From: Octopus sinensis
Taxonomy: Eukaryota
Reading direction: 5' to 3'
DNA: 64,000 bases
Assembly (NCBI RefSeq): GCF_006345805.1
Contig: NC_043005.1
Coordinates: 6,014,001-6,078,000, forward strand
In this document: one piece after another, positions 26,842 through 41,702 of the stretch
How the letters are laid out: each line of letters begins with the position of its first letter
Numbering within the stretch: position 1 is the first letter of the stretch
Position numbers and translations under genes: made by a program
The notes under the pieces: generated by a model
What the model saw: only the letters and a program-made list of their open reading frames with translations
What the model was told of the DNA's origin: nothing
The model's database searches: none

Positions 26842-27768
26842 TCCACTCACATTCTCCCCCACACTCTCACCCACTCCTCTCTCACCCATTCACTCTCTCA
26901 CACATGCACACACTCACACATACACTCATACTTGCATATGCACTTTGTCCCCCTCCCTCTCATATACTTTCTCTTCCACATACTCACATACATTCACACA
27001 TACTCTCTCCCCCCCTCTCATACACTCACCCCCCACACCTGCTCTCTCTCTCTCACACACTCTTTTTCAAACATAGTCTTGCACGCACACATGCACACAC
27101 ATGCATGCACACACACATCCATTCACATTCTCTCATACTCATATTCACTCTCTCCCCCTCTTTTACACCCTCACACACCCACTCATTCATACTTTGTTTT
27201 TCACACAGTCACACACACACACACTTTCTCTCTCTCTTCCTCTTCTCACACTCTCTCCTCTCTCATACCTTCACACACACACATACACATACTTCCTCCT
27301 CTCTCACTCATTCTCACTCTTGTGCACACCTACCCCCCACAGAAGCAGATGGCCATCCCACTTTGTTGGTTTAGAAAGGGGGTGACAGAAATAAGGGTCC
27401 TCTGGGTGGATGCTGACATCCAGGTAACTCAGAAGACGGTGCATAGTTTTATGATGAGTGCGTTCAGGGAAGTGATTGCTGTTGTTGTTGTCAAGGCGTT
27501 CGTTCCAACTGTGACCATCTTCTCTTATTTTCTATGTTCAGGAATTCAGGACCTTATTTTCCAGTGTATACAGAGACCTGTATGAAATGGTAAAGGTGTG
27601 ATGTGAATCAGATTTAGCTGTTATTTCTAGCAGGATGAACTACTATATAAAGGCTCTCGTTGACACAGGGAAGTGTGTGTGTGTGTGTGTGGATGGTGTA
27701 CCCCCTTCCTTCCTGAAGGTGAGTGATTAATTGAATGTAGAAAATTCTCTGAAGTGTAACCACACCTG

Positions 27769-27807
<39 letters not shown>

Positions 27808-27813
27808 AGCCAG

Positions 27814-27845
<32 letters not shown>

Positions 27846-27939
27846 GTACTCGTTCACCCCCTCCCTCCTCTTGCATAGTTACACACACACACATGCATAT
27901 CCACACTCATACACACACACTTTCTCACACCCATACTTT

Positions 27940-27979
<40 letters not shown>

Positions 27980-28845
27980 TCCACTCACATTCTCCCCCAC
28001 ACTCTCACCCACTCCTCTCTCACCCATTCACTCTCTCACACATGCACACACTCACACATACACTCATACTTGCATATGCACTTTGTCCCCCTCCCTCTCA
28101 TATACTTTCTCTTCCACATACTCACATACATTCACACATACTCTCTCCCCCCCTCTCATACACTCACCCCCCACACCTGCTCTCTCTCTCTCTCACACAC
28201 TCTTTTTCAAACATAGTCTTGCACGCACACATGCACACACATGCATGCACACACACATCCATTCACATTCTCTCATACTCATATTCACTCTCTCCCCCTC
28301 TTTTACACCCTCACACACCCACTCATTCATACTTTGTTTTTCACACACAGTCACACACACACACACACACACACACACTTTCTCTCTCTCTTCCTCTTCT
28401 CACACTCTCTCCTCTCTCATACCTTCACACACACATACTCTTTCACACACACACATACACATACTTCCTCCTCTCTCACTCATTCTCACTCTTGTGCACA
28501 CCTACCCCCCACAGAAGCAGATGGCCATCCCACTTTGTTGGTTTAGAAAGGGGGTGACAGAAATAAGGGTCCTCTGGGTGGATGCTGACATCCAGGTAAC
28601 TCAGAAGACGGTGCATAGTTTTATGATGAGTGCGTTCAGGGAAGTGATTGCTGTTGTTGTTGTCAAGGCGTTCGTTCCAACTGTGACCATCTTCTCTTAT
28701 TTTCTATGTTCAGGGAATTCAGGACCTTATTTTCCAGTGTATACAGAGACCTGTATGAAATGGTAAAGGTGTGATGTGAATCAGATTTAGCTGTTATTTC
28801 TAGCAGGATGAACTACTATATAAAGGCTCTCGTTGACACAGGGAA

Positions 28846-28876
<31 letters not shown>

Positions 28877-31800
28877 GGTGGTTGGGTGTGTATGGGTGTG
28901 TGTGTGTATGGGGTGGGGTGGGGGGGGGGTGTATGTGTGTGTCTGTGTGGGTGTGGTTTGGTATTTGAAACCCTGAGAAAATTTAATTATAGCAGTGTTG
29001 TAAGGTGGGGAGGTGTAGATATCAAATTTTATTTACTTAATTTCTTCCCATAATCCCGTCTGAGTTTTGGGTTTTGTTTACTTCTTCTTTAGTTCCATAG
29101 CAACAGAAGACATCTCATAACCCCCCCCACCCAACCTGGCCCAACCACATCTTAACAAAACACACGCACACACACACACAAATGTGCACTCAGTCGTTCA
29201 CCCCAACAAGGCCTCTACTTGGTTGCTTAACTTACCTCAACTCACACTTTTTTGTTTTGTGAAAAAGAACAACCGATTGAATAATGCAGAGATAGATACT
29301 CTTGAAATGACAGGATGGTCATGGATGGGAGTGTTTTTGATCAAAGTGCTACTGGTCCACTGATCCTGATGGACTGCTGGCAGCCATCTCTTGTGTGTGT
29401 GTGTGTTAATTCCACTATCTGTGCTTGTTCCTCCATTGTTGACCTGTTTGGTGTTGTCTGCCAAAAAATGTCTATCAATCTCACAGCCACTCCCAGTCCA
29501 ATATTCCTTTAGACTCAATTTGGCTGATAAAAATGTGGATCCGTTTGTCTTCTGCTGACAACCAATCAAATGGCTGAGATGTGTTAGACCAGATAGGTCA
29601 GTCGCAGGAGAACAGCTATGTTCATAGTGACCACGGCTAATGCCAGTGCCCCCTGACTGGCTCATGTGCTGGTGCCACATAAAAAGCACCATCCGAACGT
29701 GATCGATGCCAGTCCCACCTGACTGGCTCCCATGCCGGTGGCATGTAAAAAGCACCCTCTCCACTCTTGGAGTCTTTGGCATTAGGAAGGGCATCCAGCT
29801 GTAGAAACACTGCCAGATCAGATTGGAGCCTGGTGCAGCCATCTGGTTTGCCAGACTTCAGTCATATCGTCCAACCCATGCTAGTATGGAAAGTGGACAT
29901 TAAACGATGATGGTGAGGATGATGATGATGATGATGTCTTGCACACAAAGCTAGCAGTTTTTTCTTTTTTTTAGAGGGAAACAGGGCTTAGTTGATTGCA
30001 TTAACCCTAGTGATTGTCTTTATTTCATCAACCCTGGAGAGATTAAAGGCAAACTTGACCTTGGCAGTGACTGGAACTAGAATGGAAAGAGCTGCAAGAA
30101 ATGCTTCTAAGCATTTTGTCTGTTGTGCTATAATGCATCCACCAGTTGACCCCCTTCTGGAAAATAGTAATTTCATCCGTCTGAGGTTAACTTTCCTTTT
30201 CTTCATTTTAGTGCTGATTAAATAAGTACCAGTCAAGTACTGGGGGTTGATGTAATTGAGTCCCTTTTCCCTTCAAAAACTGTTGGCCCTATGCCAAAGT
30301 TTCAGACCATTATTATCAATCAATTGCTTAATCATTTAGCCAGTTAACTCATTGATTGTTTGGTCAATCAGTCAATCAGATAAGTTTGTCAGAGTCCTTT
30401 TGTTGCCATTCATGACCTCATCAATGTCGAGCCAAGTGAGATCATAGTTGTGGCCAATGCCAGTGATACGTAAATGGCACCCATGCTGGTGGCACATAAA
30501 AATAAATTCGCTACTCTCTTGGAGTGGTTGGCATTAGGAAGGACATCCAGGTGTAGAAACCATGCCAAATCAGATTGCAGCTCCCCAGCTTACCAGTTTT
30601 GTGTCAAACTGTCCAACCCATGCCAGCATGGAAAGCAGATGTTAAATGATGATGATGATGATTTGATGCAAATTCAGAGCAGAGAGAGCATGTTATTGAT
30701 GGGGTCAGGAATGGCAATGAAATGACTTCCACAAACCTGACTGATCAATTGAGAATGATTAATCAAACAATTGGTTAGTTAATTAGTTAAATGACTAATT
30801 GACTAATGATAATAAAAAAGTGAAATAGAACTGGCACATGTGTTTATTATTGGCATAATGACCCTCCCAAGATACAACAAAACCTTTTTCAACTCGTGTG
30901 TTCACATCAAGAATTTTCGAAACCAAATAAAAAAAAAATGACTTTTTTTTTTCTTTCCAGGAATTATTTTATTGCCATGGTCTTCAGAAACTGTGTCTTT
31001 CTGACAATGAGATCACCACCATTCCTCCAGCTATTGGCAGTTTGATTAACTTGGATGTTTTGGACATCAGCAAAAATGGTAAGAAGTTAAGAATTTCTTT
31101 TAAAAATTTCTCGTTGGCAGATGTAGATAATATGTTGGGTGTGCTTAGTAGAATCTCACTTGTCTTTGTTGATGTTGCTCTTGTTGCTGTTGTTTAGCCC
31201 CAGGTCAACCCTGATCCAGCAGACCTATGATCAAAGATATTCTATCCATGGCCATCCTGTCTTTTCAGACAGTTTATTTCTGACTACATTTCAGGTTTTG
31301 TGAAGCCTACTTAAACTAGGAATTGAAACCACATCACAGATTACAGATGTGGCTTGTTAACGACCAAGCACTGCCTTATGGCTTCCACCAAGTAAAAGAA
31401 AAATAATGAATCAACATTATTTTTCTTTTACTTGCCTATAATAAAGTGTGTTATTCTCAGAGATTTTAATGTAGTAAAAAAGACCTTGCGACTATTTCTA
31501 GCAGTGCTTGGTGAGGCATAAAGCTGACCCCTTGTTATAAATTATGAATATAATTATAAAATAATTTGTAAAATTTACCCAAAAGGTTTTCATTTCTGCA
31601 CTGGCTACCTGGTGAAATCATTATTGATTTTACCCTCTACTATTATTAAAATAATATTTGAATATATATGTGTGTGTGTGTGTATATAGGCAATGGAAAC
31701 TTTTATATGGGTGCTTAAGTAAAAGGTGAACAGTAGGGGAAAGTAATTGATGTAACTGTTCAAGATTTTTCAAGATTTTTAGCCTTTGATGCCTATTTAA

Positions 31801-32157
31801 CCCTTTTGGTACCGACTCACTTGAATCTGCCCTTTGTTCTCTAATACACATTTATTTTAAAGTGATCTAAATTAAAAACCTTCCACCAAGATCTAATAGT
31901 GATTTATGTTCCAAACATCAGCTTAATAATGACTAAGTTATTTTAATGGATTCTTTGTTACTTTCGAAACTGAATCTAAGGCAGTGTGTTTCAACCAAAA
32001 TATAGCAACAAAATTGTTACATATGAAGTTAAAAAAGATTAATGTAATGTCAAGATAAACTGCTTGTTAACCACAATCAACACAACAGGGATAATTAAAA
32101 GGACAACATCAACAATAATAATAGGTTTTGATATGTGAATAAATAAATAATCAAAAC

Positions 32158-32198
<41 letters not shown>

Positions 32199-34147
32199 TA
32201 TATATAATAAATATTAGGGAATAAATCCAAATTTACAGGGAAAAAATCAGATTTAGGATTAAATCGATTTTATAGTAAAATATTATAAAATATTATTCGA
32301 GACAAAACCACTATTTTGCAAAACAAACAAGGAAAGACTTAATCAATACATAAAATTTTAATAAATTTTTGACTATTTATTAAAATTTTATGTATTGATT
32401 AAGTCTTTCCTTGTTTGTTTTGCAAAATAGTGGTTTTGTCTCGAATAATATTTTATATATATATATATATATACTTTATTTAAAGCAGCAGAAAATTCAA
32501 CAAAACCTGTTACAGGTTTTGTTGAATTTTCTGCTGCTTTAAATAAAGCATATTACTCTACCACTGGTATTTGAGTACTCTTTTTTCCACCATGTTTCAC
32601 ATTTATGTGTTTACTCTGGTATATATATATATATATAACATTTATGCTTATAGTAGGGTGTTGTTGTGGTAAGTTGTCACCCATATCATCAAACTAGTTC
32701 CCGGAACTAAATTATTCTGATCTGATAATATTGCACGTGTATACATTAAAAGTATGTGTAAACATTAAAAGTGTGAGTATGTGGAGCAGTATTGAATCAT
32801 ATCAAAAAATAGTTAGCAAAAAAAAAAAAAAAAAACAAGAATGTGTTGATAGTTAAGAAAATTCTGCTCTGCTCTGATTTAGCAAGTAGATGATCTGCAC
32901 AAGTTAGATCTAAATTTGGTAAAAATATTGGAGGCAAAATAAGCCTAAAACAACATTCTTTTATACTAAATGGTGCTTATTCATTTCACATGAGTTGGCA
33001 TTTACAGGATTCTTTGGCTTTTGGGTAATAAAATAGATGTTTCTCAGCACATTATCTTAACAATGTCTAAAACCTGATTTCAACAGGCCAGCTACATCTG
33101 TTTCACTTTATTTACATTGCTAGTACTCCCAGGGCAGGCATAAAGGTATTTCCTTTCCCCTAAAAAAGATAAATAAATAAAAAATAAAAACGATAAAAAA
33201 CAGCCTAAGACTTCATCCCTATGTCAGAAATCTCAGTTGTAGCAGTATTGTTTTTCCTAGATTCAAAGTCCTGTTGATTTTCACCCGCAACCCCAGCCCA
33301 CAACTGCAGTTTTTTTTTTTACTTCTTTGCCACCTGATGGGCGTCAACATATGGCAGTTAAAAAAGGTATGAGGTATAGTATGTATGATGTAGTAAGTAA
33401 ATAGGTCAGAGGGCATATGGTGTTTAATTTTGGTACACCTAACTACCACAACCTATATAGGGGCCATTCATTACTTTCAGATGCTGTTTTGGCAGCAAAT
33501 CTGAAATAATTTCTGAATATCTTGATAGTAGTACAAGACACCAAGACATGTTATTCCATCCACCTTTAAACTTCATTTTATAATTTGTATCAAACTGCCC
33601 CTATTATATAGGCATGGACATGCACCTAAATATATAGACACACACACAATATATATATATATATGGCCATCCCATATATAATGCATTTTTTCATACTTTT
33701 TTTTTCCATCCGAATAATTTTGAAGACTGCAGAAGAAATGATAATTAGATTGGGTAATATCTGACAAATATGGTGGGTGGGGCATCGTTTTCCATTCAAA
33801 CTGCTCCAGCCTTTGGAATGTCATCCTCACTGCATATGGCCAAGTATTATCCTGATGGAAGAACACCTTTCGTCTTGAAACCAAAGATGGTCATTTTTCT
33901 TCAAGCGCTGATTTGGGCCACTCAAGCTACCCACAGTAGATCTCCTTTGTTATCGTTTGGTTTGGATCTAAAACTTTTTTCTCTCTCTCTCTCTGTCTTT
34001 GCCGCCCCCCTCACTGTCTCTATGTCTACTATTACTCTCACCCCAGCATGAGCATCAGTAGGTGTACCAATAAATAGTGAGAGATGGGGTTGAAGTGTGA
34101 CAAACTGACACACAGAAATTACTTTTCGCATTCGTTATATTAGATAT

Positions 34148-34178
<31 letters not shown>

Positions 34179-34252
34179 GAAGATGCTGGCCAATGCCGTG
34201 TGAATGAATGTGGCTGATAGAAACTGAAAGAAGCCCACTGTGTGTGTGTGTG

Positions 34253-34317
<65 letters not shown>

Positions 34318-34448
34318 GTATGTATTCCAGGGGTTGACAAGTTCAAAAAAGCTGTACCTGGTCACTTAGAATAAGGAGCTCAAAGATGTAGTTTGTTAAA
34401 CTAATAATTATAGATTAAATGTGCATCTCTGTCTCTGTCTGTCTGTCA

Positions 34449-34517
<69 letters not shown>

Positions 34518-35561
34518 ATATATATATATATGTATGTGTATGTATTTGTATGTATGTCTAATGTATGTATATGTGTATGCTTGTGTCTCTTTGTCTTGAC
34601 ATTGCATGACAGTTGTAAATGAGATTCACTGTTATACAAGCAGTGTCATTCGTTTCCAGTATTTTTATAGAAACCCATCTGGCTATGGGGAAATATTTTG
34701 TTTAACACCAAATATGTATGGGTTGGTAACATGAAAGGCATCTGGTTGTAGAAAAAGCAGCGAGCTGGCAGAAACTTTAGCACACCGGGCAAAATGCTTA
34801 GCAGTATTTCGTCTGTCGTTATGTTCTGAGTTCAAATTCTACCAAGGTCGACTTTGCTTTTCATCCTTTCGGGGTCGATTAAATAAGTACCGGTTATGCA
34901 CTAGGGTCAATATAATTGACTTAATCCGTTTGTCTGTCCTTGTTTGTCCTCTCTGTGTGTAGCCCCTTGTGGGCAGTAAAGAAATAAGAAAATCTGATGC
35001 AATGAATTCTGGCCAATCAATGCAAGCATGGAAAAGTTAACATTAGAACAACAACAGCAACAACAATGATGATGATGATAATGATGATGACCTAGCTTTA
35101 ACAGAATGAATTATTTTACTTGAATTAGGAGAAACCTTATTGGCACTCAATTCATGTCGTAGTTGTAGTTTTAAATCACTGTTTAACACTTGTGCCTGTT
35201 GGTGATTTACGAGACTTTTACTAAAGAAAGAACGTCTTAAGCTAAAACACCTTACAAACACTCAGAGCAAACAGAAGGTCGTAAATAAATTATAAACAAA
35301 AACGAATCCAACGACACTGAATTCATAAGAGATTTAGTTTATGGCTGAAACAATCTTGAGTGTTGAGTTTGGGAGAATTAGTATAAAATTTTTAATGGTG
35401 TAGTCGTTTAGTTTCTGCAAGAAAAATATTGTGACCTACAATGTTGTAAACATTATGCTTAATAACTTCTCTCAGTGAACTCTCACCCACATTTCAGTTG
35501 GCAAAGGAACATTCGGGTCCATTTTTACTTTGACAATATTCTTGTCCTTATCTACTTTTAA

Positions 35562-35602
<41 letters not shown>

Positions 35603-36194
35603 AGAGTTTACGAAAAAACAAAAGACGAAGACAGGTGGTGTACAAAACAAACAGATGTATTAGTATGACGCTCAGGAATAGAAAAAGTCTTTTATGTTTT
35701 GAGCCTACGCTCTTCGACAGAAAGGGACACAGAAAAAAACAAGGAGAAGAACAAGGAGAGAAAAAATGTGTGTAGTGGCTAACGAAATCCACTCACAAGG
35801 CTTTGGTTGGCCTGAGGCTATAGTTAAAGGCACTTGCCCAAGGTGGGACTGGACCCAAAACATGTGGTTGGAAAGCAAGCTTCTTACCCCACAGCTACAC
35901 CTGCGACTATATATATAAAAGAGAGAAACGGAGAGAAAAAAATGTGTGTGTAGTGGCTAACGATCTATCATATATGTATATATATATACTTCTAATATAG
36001 GATAACATTTTTTTTCCAAAATTTCATCAAGTGGCCAGCATATTAAAATAACTTTGAAGGTGAAAATTATAAACAATCATAAATAAGGGCAAAAGAAAAA
36101 AAAATTCTATGCCAATATGCTGAGAAATAGATGATTTAAAGTCTATTTCTTAGCATATTGGCATAGAAATGTTTTTCTTTTGCCCTTATTTATA

Positions 36195-36256
<62 letters not shown>

Positions 36257-37807
36257 CATGTATATATATGAGTGTGTTAAATAATAAGGCACAAAAAGAA
36301 AATGACTCTCCCCAGACGCAACAGAATATGCTTCAACACACGAACTCATATAAAGAATCTTGCAAACCAAATCCAAAAACGAAATATATATATATATAAT
36401 ATTTTTAGAAAAACAAATCTGGAGAAGCACACTCTAAGAATTAGAGCAGCCTATATTAATGGTGAAGGCTGGTTTATAGGGTTACCCTGAGTTTCTGTGG
36501 TGAGAAATACACTTCGCTTTTGAAATAATTAATTTTGCAAAAAAGTAGATATTGATAGGATTGGCACAATTGGAATGCTTTTGATAATTCATAAGTGTAA
36601 TTGATCAGGACTCGTTTGAGGTGAAATAATAGCAGAAGCAACGATTTAACAGTTTTGTTTCCATATTTCTGTTGAAATACCTTGCCTTTGTTTCACTTAA
36701 TTTTGAAAATAATGAAGGATTTAGTAAAATAATTTTGTCATTATTAATCTGGTGTTTGGAAAATAAATTAACAGGACATTTTGATAGAAGGTTTTAATTT
36801 AGATGATTTTTAAATAGAAAGTTTCTATCACAGAACCCAGGGTAGTCTTATATGGAGTGGTATCAAAAGGATTAAATCCCACCCTACTATTGAAAGATGT
36901 AACCCGGGATTTACTGTGTTTTAATAAAAAAGATGACTAGATGGCCATGGCTGGGATGCCTTTGAACATAAGATCTGCTTAACACTTTTATTACCATATT
37001 TTTTTGGAAACAGCTTGCTCTTTGTCTCATTAATTTTAAAAATAATAAAGAAATAAGTAAAACAGTTTTGTCATTATTAAGACAGTGTCAGGTAGGCTGG
37101 TATCAGAAGGGTTGATGTTCAAATGATTAGATCTCTACCAAATCTATGTACATTAATCCTTCTAATCCAACCTGTTTAATCCACTGAAACACTAAAATAA
37201 CTAACCTGTCTCCTCTTTCAATTACTAGTTACCTCTCTTCTGACAATCAGAATCCTAAGGTCGCATAATGGATTGTTAAGAAATACTTCCATTACATTTA
37301 TGCAAGACAAAATAGATCTTTTCATATACATGGAATGTTTACTGCATTAATGGTAACATTTGTTTTTTTCTTTATCCTTGACTGAAATTGGTAGAACATT
37401 ATTAGGAAGCTGGGGGCAGTGGGGAAGCATCTTACATTCCGACATTGACAAAGAAACTCTTCCTCCATCATCTCAGCTGCAGACGAGCCTTCTGGTTCTT
37501 TGCCAGACACATCTCCATTAACTTTTGACAATATTCCTTTCCTCATCTACTTAACCTATATGTATGTGTGTGTGTGTGTGTGTGTATATATGTATATATG
37601 TATGTATATATATGTGTGTGTGTATGTATATATATATATTACATATATATATATATTACATATATATATATTATATATATATATATGAATGTATATATAT
37701 ATATTATATATATATATATGAATGTATATATATATGTATATATATGTATGTATATATGTGTATATATATATGTATGTATATATGTGTGTATATATATACA
37801 CATATAT

Positions 37808-37856
<49 letters not shown>

Positions 37857-37877
37857 CACATGTATACACACATATAT

Positions 37878-37923
<46 letters not shown>

Positions 37924-38166
37924 CATACATACATATATATATATACATACATACATATATATATATATACATATACATATATATATATATAAATATTGTT
38001 GTTGATAAATATTGTTGTTGTTGAACTAGACGGACGTGTTTTTATTTCTCTCTCCCAAGTCTACACAGCTTCAAAACTTAACTGACCTTACATATAAATA
38101 TATTTGTAACCACGTGTTTGCCTACAAACCATATATATACAGACCATATATATATATATATACAAA

Positions 38167-38208
<42 letters not shown>

Positions 38209-39046
38209 TAGAGTACTACATGTGTGAGAAATTCTGTCTGGGTATGTTTGTGGAGTCGTTAGTTAACCCCTCCTACATCGTTTTATCAATTTTGTATAAG
38301 CTTGACATGTGAGTAGAACTCATGTCAGAAAACCTCATGTCATACTCAGTTGAAAAAACATTGATAATAGGGCCCCTGGAAGGGGTTCTTATATATAGCC
38401 AAGGGAAATAGCCCTTTCATTTTCTTAAACTATTTGGTAAAAATGAAATTGAGTATGCTTATTTTTTAGTATTTGAACTGTTAGAGTTATTTCTGCAATT
38501 TATCTAGTACAACCCTTAAACAAGTATTTTCCCAAACAATAGATCCGCTTATTTTGGTTAGTGACTTACTCACAGATATACCAACACTAGCACCCCTGAG
38601 GGAATATTCTCTGGGAATGCACAATAGCCCTTTTCAGAGTTATTTACTTTGAATTGTTATTATCTCATATCAGATTAGCCTGTTATTCTGTAACATGTTT
38701 CATGATTTTAGTATACATACCTTATTAGTATTTCCTCCTATGTTCTATATACTCTGGGAATGCATTAAAGCCCTTTTCAGAGCTACTTTACTTGAATTCT
38801 TACTATTGGGGAACTAATTTCTTGTAATTACATAACTGACTTCACAATTTGGGTATTTATAACTTATTGGGAATTCCTAAAAACAAGATCCTGTGTAAGA
38901 CAGTTCAGTATTCTCAAAAATTACACAAAAACTGTTTTAAGGGCTACATACTTTGTATTGTTGCTACTGGATTAGCGGAACAATTATGCGAATGGAACCA
39001 AGGGATAAGCCCTGCTTTCCCAGGAATTACCGGGTACATCAGCTAG

Positions 39047-39078
<32 letters not shown>

Positions 39079-39261
39079 ATATATATATACATACATGCAC
39101 ATATATATATATATACATGCACATATATATACAGATTATACTTGCACATATATATACAGATTATATATATATGCATGTAATATATATGTAGGTTATTTTT
39201 TTCTATGCTGGCCACTTGATAAAATCGTTATTTTATTTTAAATTAACGATCTTATCCTTAT

Positions 39262-39308
<47 letters not shown>

Positions 39309-39330
39309 TATATATATAGATATATATATA

Positions 39331-39373
<43 letters not shown>

Positions 39374-39548
39374 TATATACACATATATATACAGACATAT
39401 ATATATACATATATATGTATCAGTGTATCTGTATATTTAATGTATTGTATATATATATATATATAAAACTGTGTACCATAGTTTATCTGTGTATGTGTAT
39501 GAACGAGTGCGGCATACCTATTTAACAACTGTTACTCTGTGTGTATGT

Positions 39549-39585
<37 letters not shown>

Positions 39586-39877
39586 ATGTATGGGTAATGA
39601 CTTGCTATATGATAGCATGAAACCTTAGCACGTAATGGCTGACAGTTAATTGTGTGTGTGTTCCAGCAGTTTTGATGGATATGAAAATGTGATTGGTGTA
39701 TGTAATCACTTTTATAAAGGAGAGAGACATTTATAAAGTGAGGAGAAGGTGGCGGAAGAAGAGATTTACTGGGACTATATGTGTAAGAGGGAGGGAGAGC
39801 GTGTGTATATGGCTATATTACTTTCTCTCTCTCGTTCTCTCTCTGTATATGTTGGGTGGGTATGCTACTCTTTCTCC

Positions 39878-39921
<44 letters not shown>

Positions 39922-41663
39922 GTATACACACACACACACACACATACACACACATTTATATATATATATACACACACACACATACATACATACATACATA
40001 TGTTAGGAAGGGCATCCAGCTGTAGAAACATTGCCAGACAAGACCGGAGCCTGGTGCAGCCTTCTGGCTTCCCAGATCCCCGGTCGAACCGTCCAACCCA
40101 TGCTAGCATGGAGAACGGACGTTAAACGATGATGATGATGATGATGATGTTAGAAGGTTTGGAGGTGATGTACAGGTATTATATATTAGAAGAAATAAGG
40201 TACTCAGAGTACCTTATTTCTTCTAATATATATATATATATATATATACACATACATATATATAGCTAGCTAGCTAGATAAATAGATAGATGTAGATATA
40301 TATATCTATATATATATGTGTGTGTGTATGTATGTATCATCTTTTAATGTCTATTTTCCATGCTGGCATGGGTTGGATAGTTTGACAGAAACTGGCAAGC
40401 TGGGATGGGGTCGGGGTGGGAGGAGGCTGGGCTAGAATTCAGTCCATCAATTTCGGCATAGTTTTGGTGGCTAGATGCCCCATCTATACCCCAGGGTGGG
40501 TGTTTTTCGCATGATGCTGTTTATGTGGTGCTTTGTTACGTGGCACCAGCATGGGTGCCTCTCCATGCGGCACTGGCACAGGTGCCTTGTTATCAAATAG
40601 AGGTAAAAATAATCTAATCTGTTACATCTGTACAACACACATCAATGTACGTCTAACCATTTAGTCTCAGGTTCAGTCCCACTGTGCAGCACCCTGGAGT
40701 GAATATTATTATTCTCACATATGCTAGTATATATAAGTTGAAGTATATGTGTGTGTGTGGGGGGGGAGTGTATGTATGTATGTGTGTGTGTGTGTACAGG
40801 AGTGTGTGAGGTGCACATGGAGGTGTAGTGTATATGGGGAAGCACATGTGTGGTTGTGTTTGTGTGTATGTGCTTTTTTGATGGTTAAGATCAGTGGTTC
40901 TCATCTGGAGTCCATATGGCCCCTAAGGGTCCACATAAGAATTTTGGGGATCCACAGAGCAAAATAATAAACTGGAGATCCACAATAATATTTTAAGGGT
41001 CCCTGAAAAATTTTATTTTAGGGGTATTTATTGGTATAACATTTTACATAGTTCAACCTACACAAGCTAATGTGTGAATTGCAAAATAGGAATTTTGAAA
41101 GAAGTTTCTATAAAACTAGTTTTTAAACATTGAATGGCTATAGGGGTCCACCAGAATAAAATAGTAATCAAAGGGGTCCATAGATAAAAGAAAATGGTTG
41201 AGAACCCCTGGTTTAGATGGTGAAGGAAGAGCACTCTCCTCCTCCCCACCTCCACCCTTTTTCTAGGAAAAGAAGGCAAGAAAACGTTGCTAACATCTCA
41301 AACCAAAGATATGGTCTGAATCCTTATCTATAGCAGTCAAGGGCCCCAGGTGGTGGTGCTAAGCAAGGTTACCCCAGATTCAGTGCATCATAAAAGAACA
41401 GGAACAGTCCAGCTAGATGCTGACCCTAGGCCATGGTGGGATAGATGACAATTGCTCAAGAAAGCTGTTGGATGAGATTGAACCCAGATCCACATGATTG
41501 ATAAATAATTTCCTTAACTATGCAGCCATACCTTTGCCCATGATGCCCAGAGAACTCACACATGCACACTTATAATATGCACACATATGCATATGCATAC
41601 ATTTATGTCACACTCACATATACATGCATACATACAGATATACATAAGCAGACATGCAACACA

Positions 41664-41702
<39 letters not shown>

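Noticed and set aside
28866-28930. G-run cluster (possible G-quadruplex) in intron 1
   Set aside because: It derives from a degenerate (GT/GGGT)n microsatellite, with nothing to indicate function.
29237-29842. 201-aa minus-strand ORF
   Set aside because: Its 5' third is the antisense of an RTE 3' UTR and the rest has no recognisable motif or splice support.
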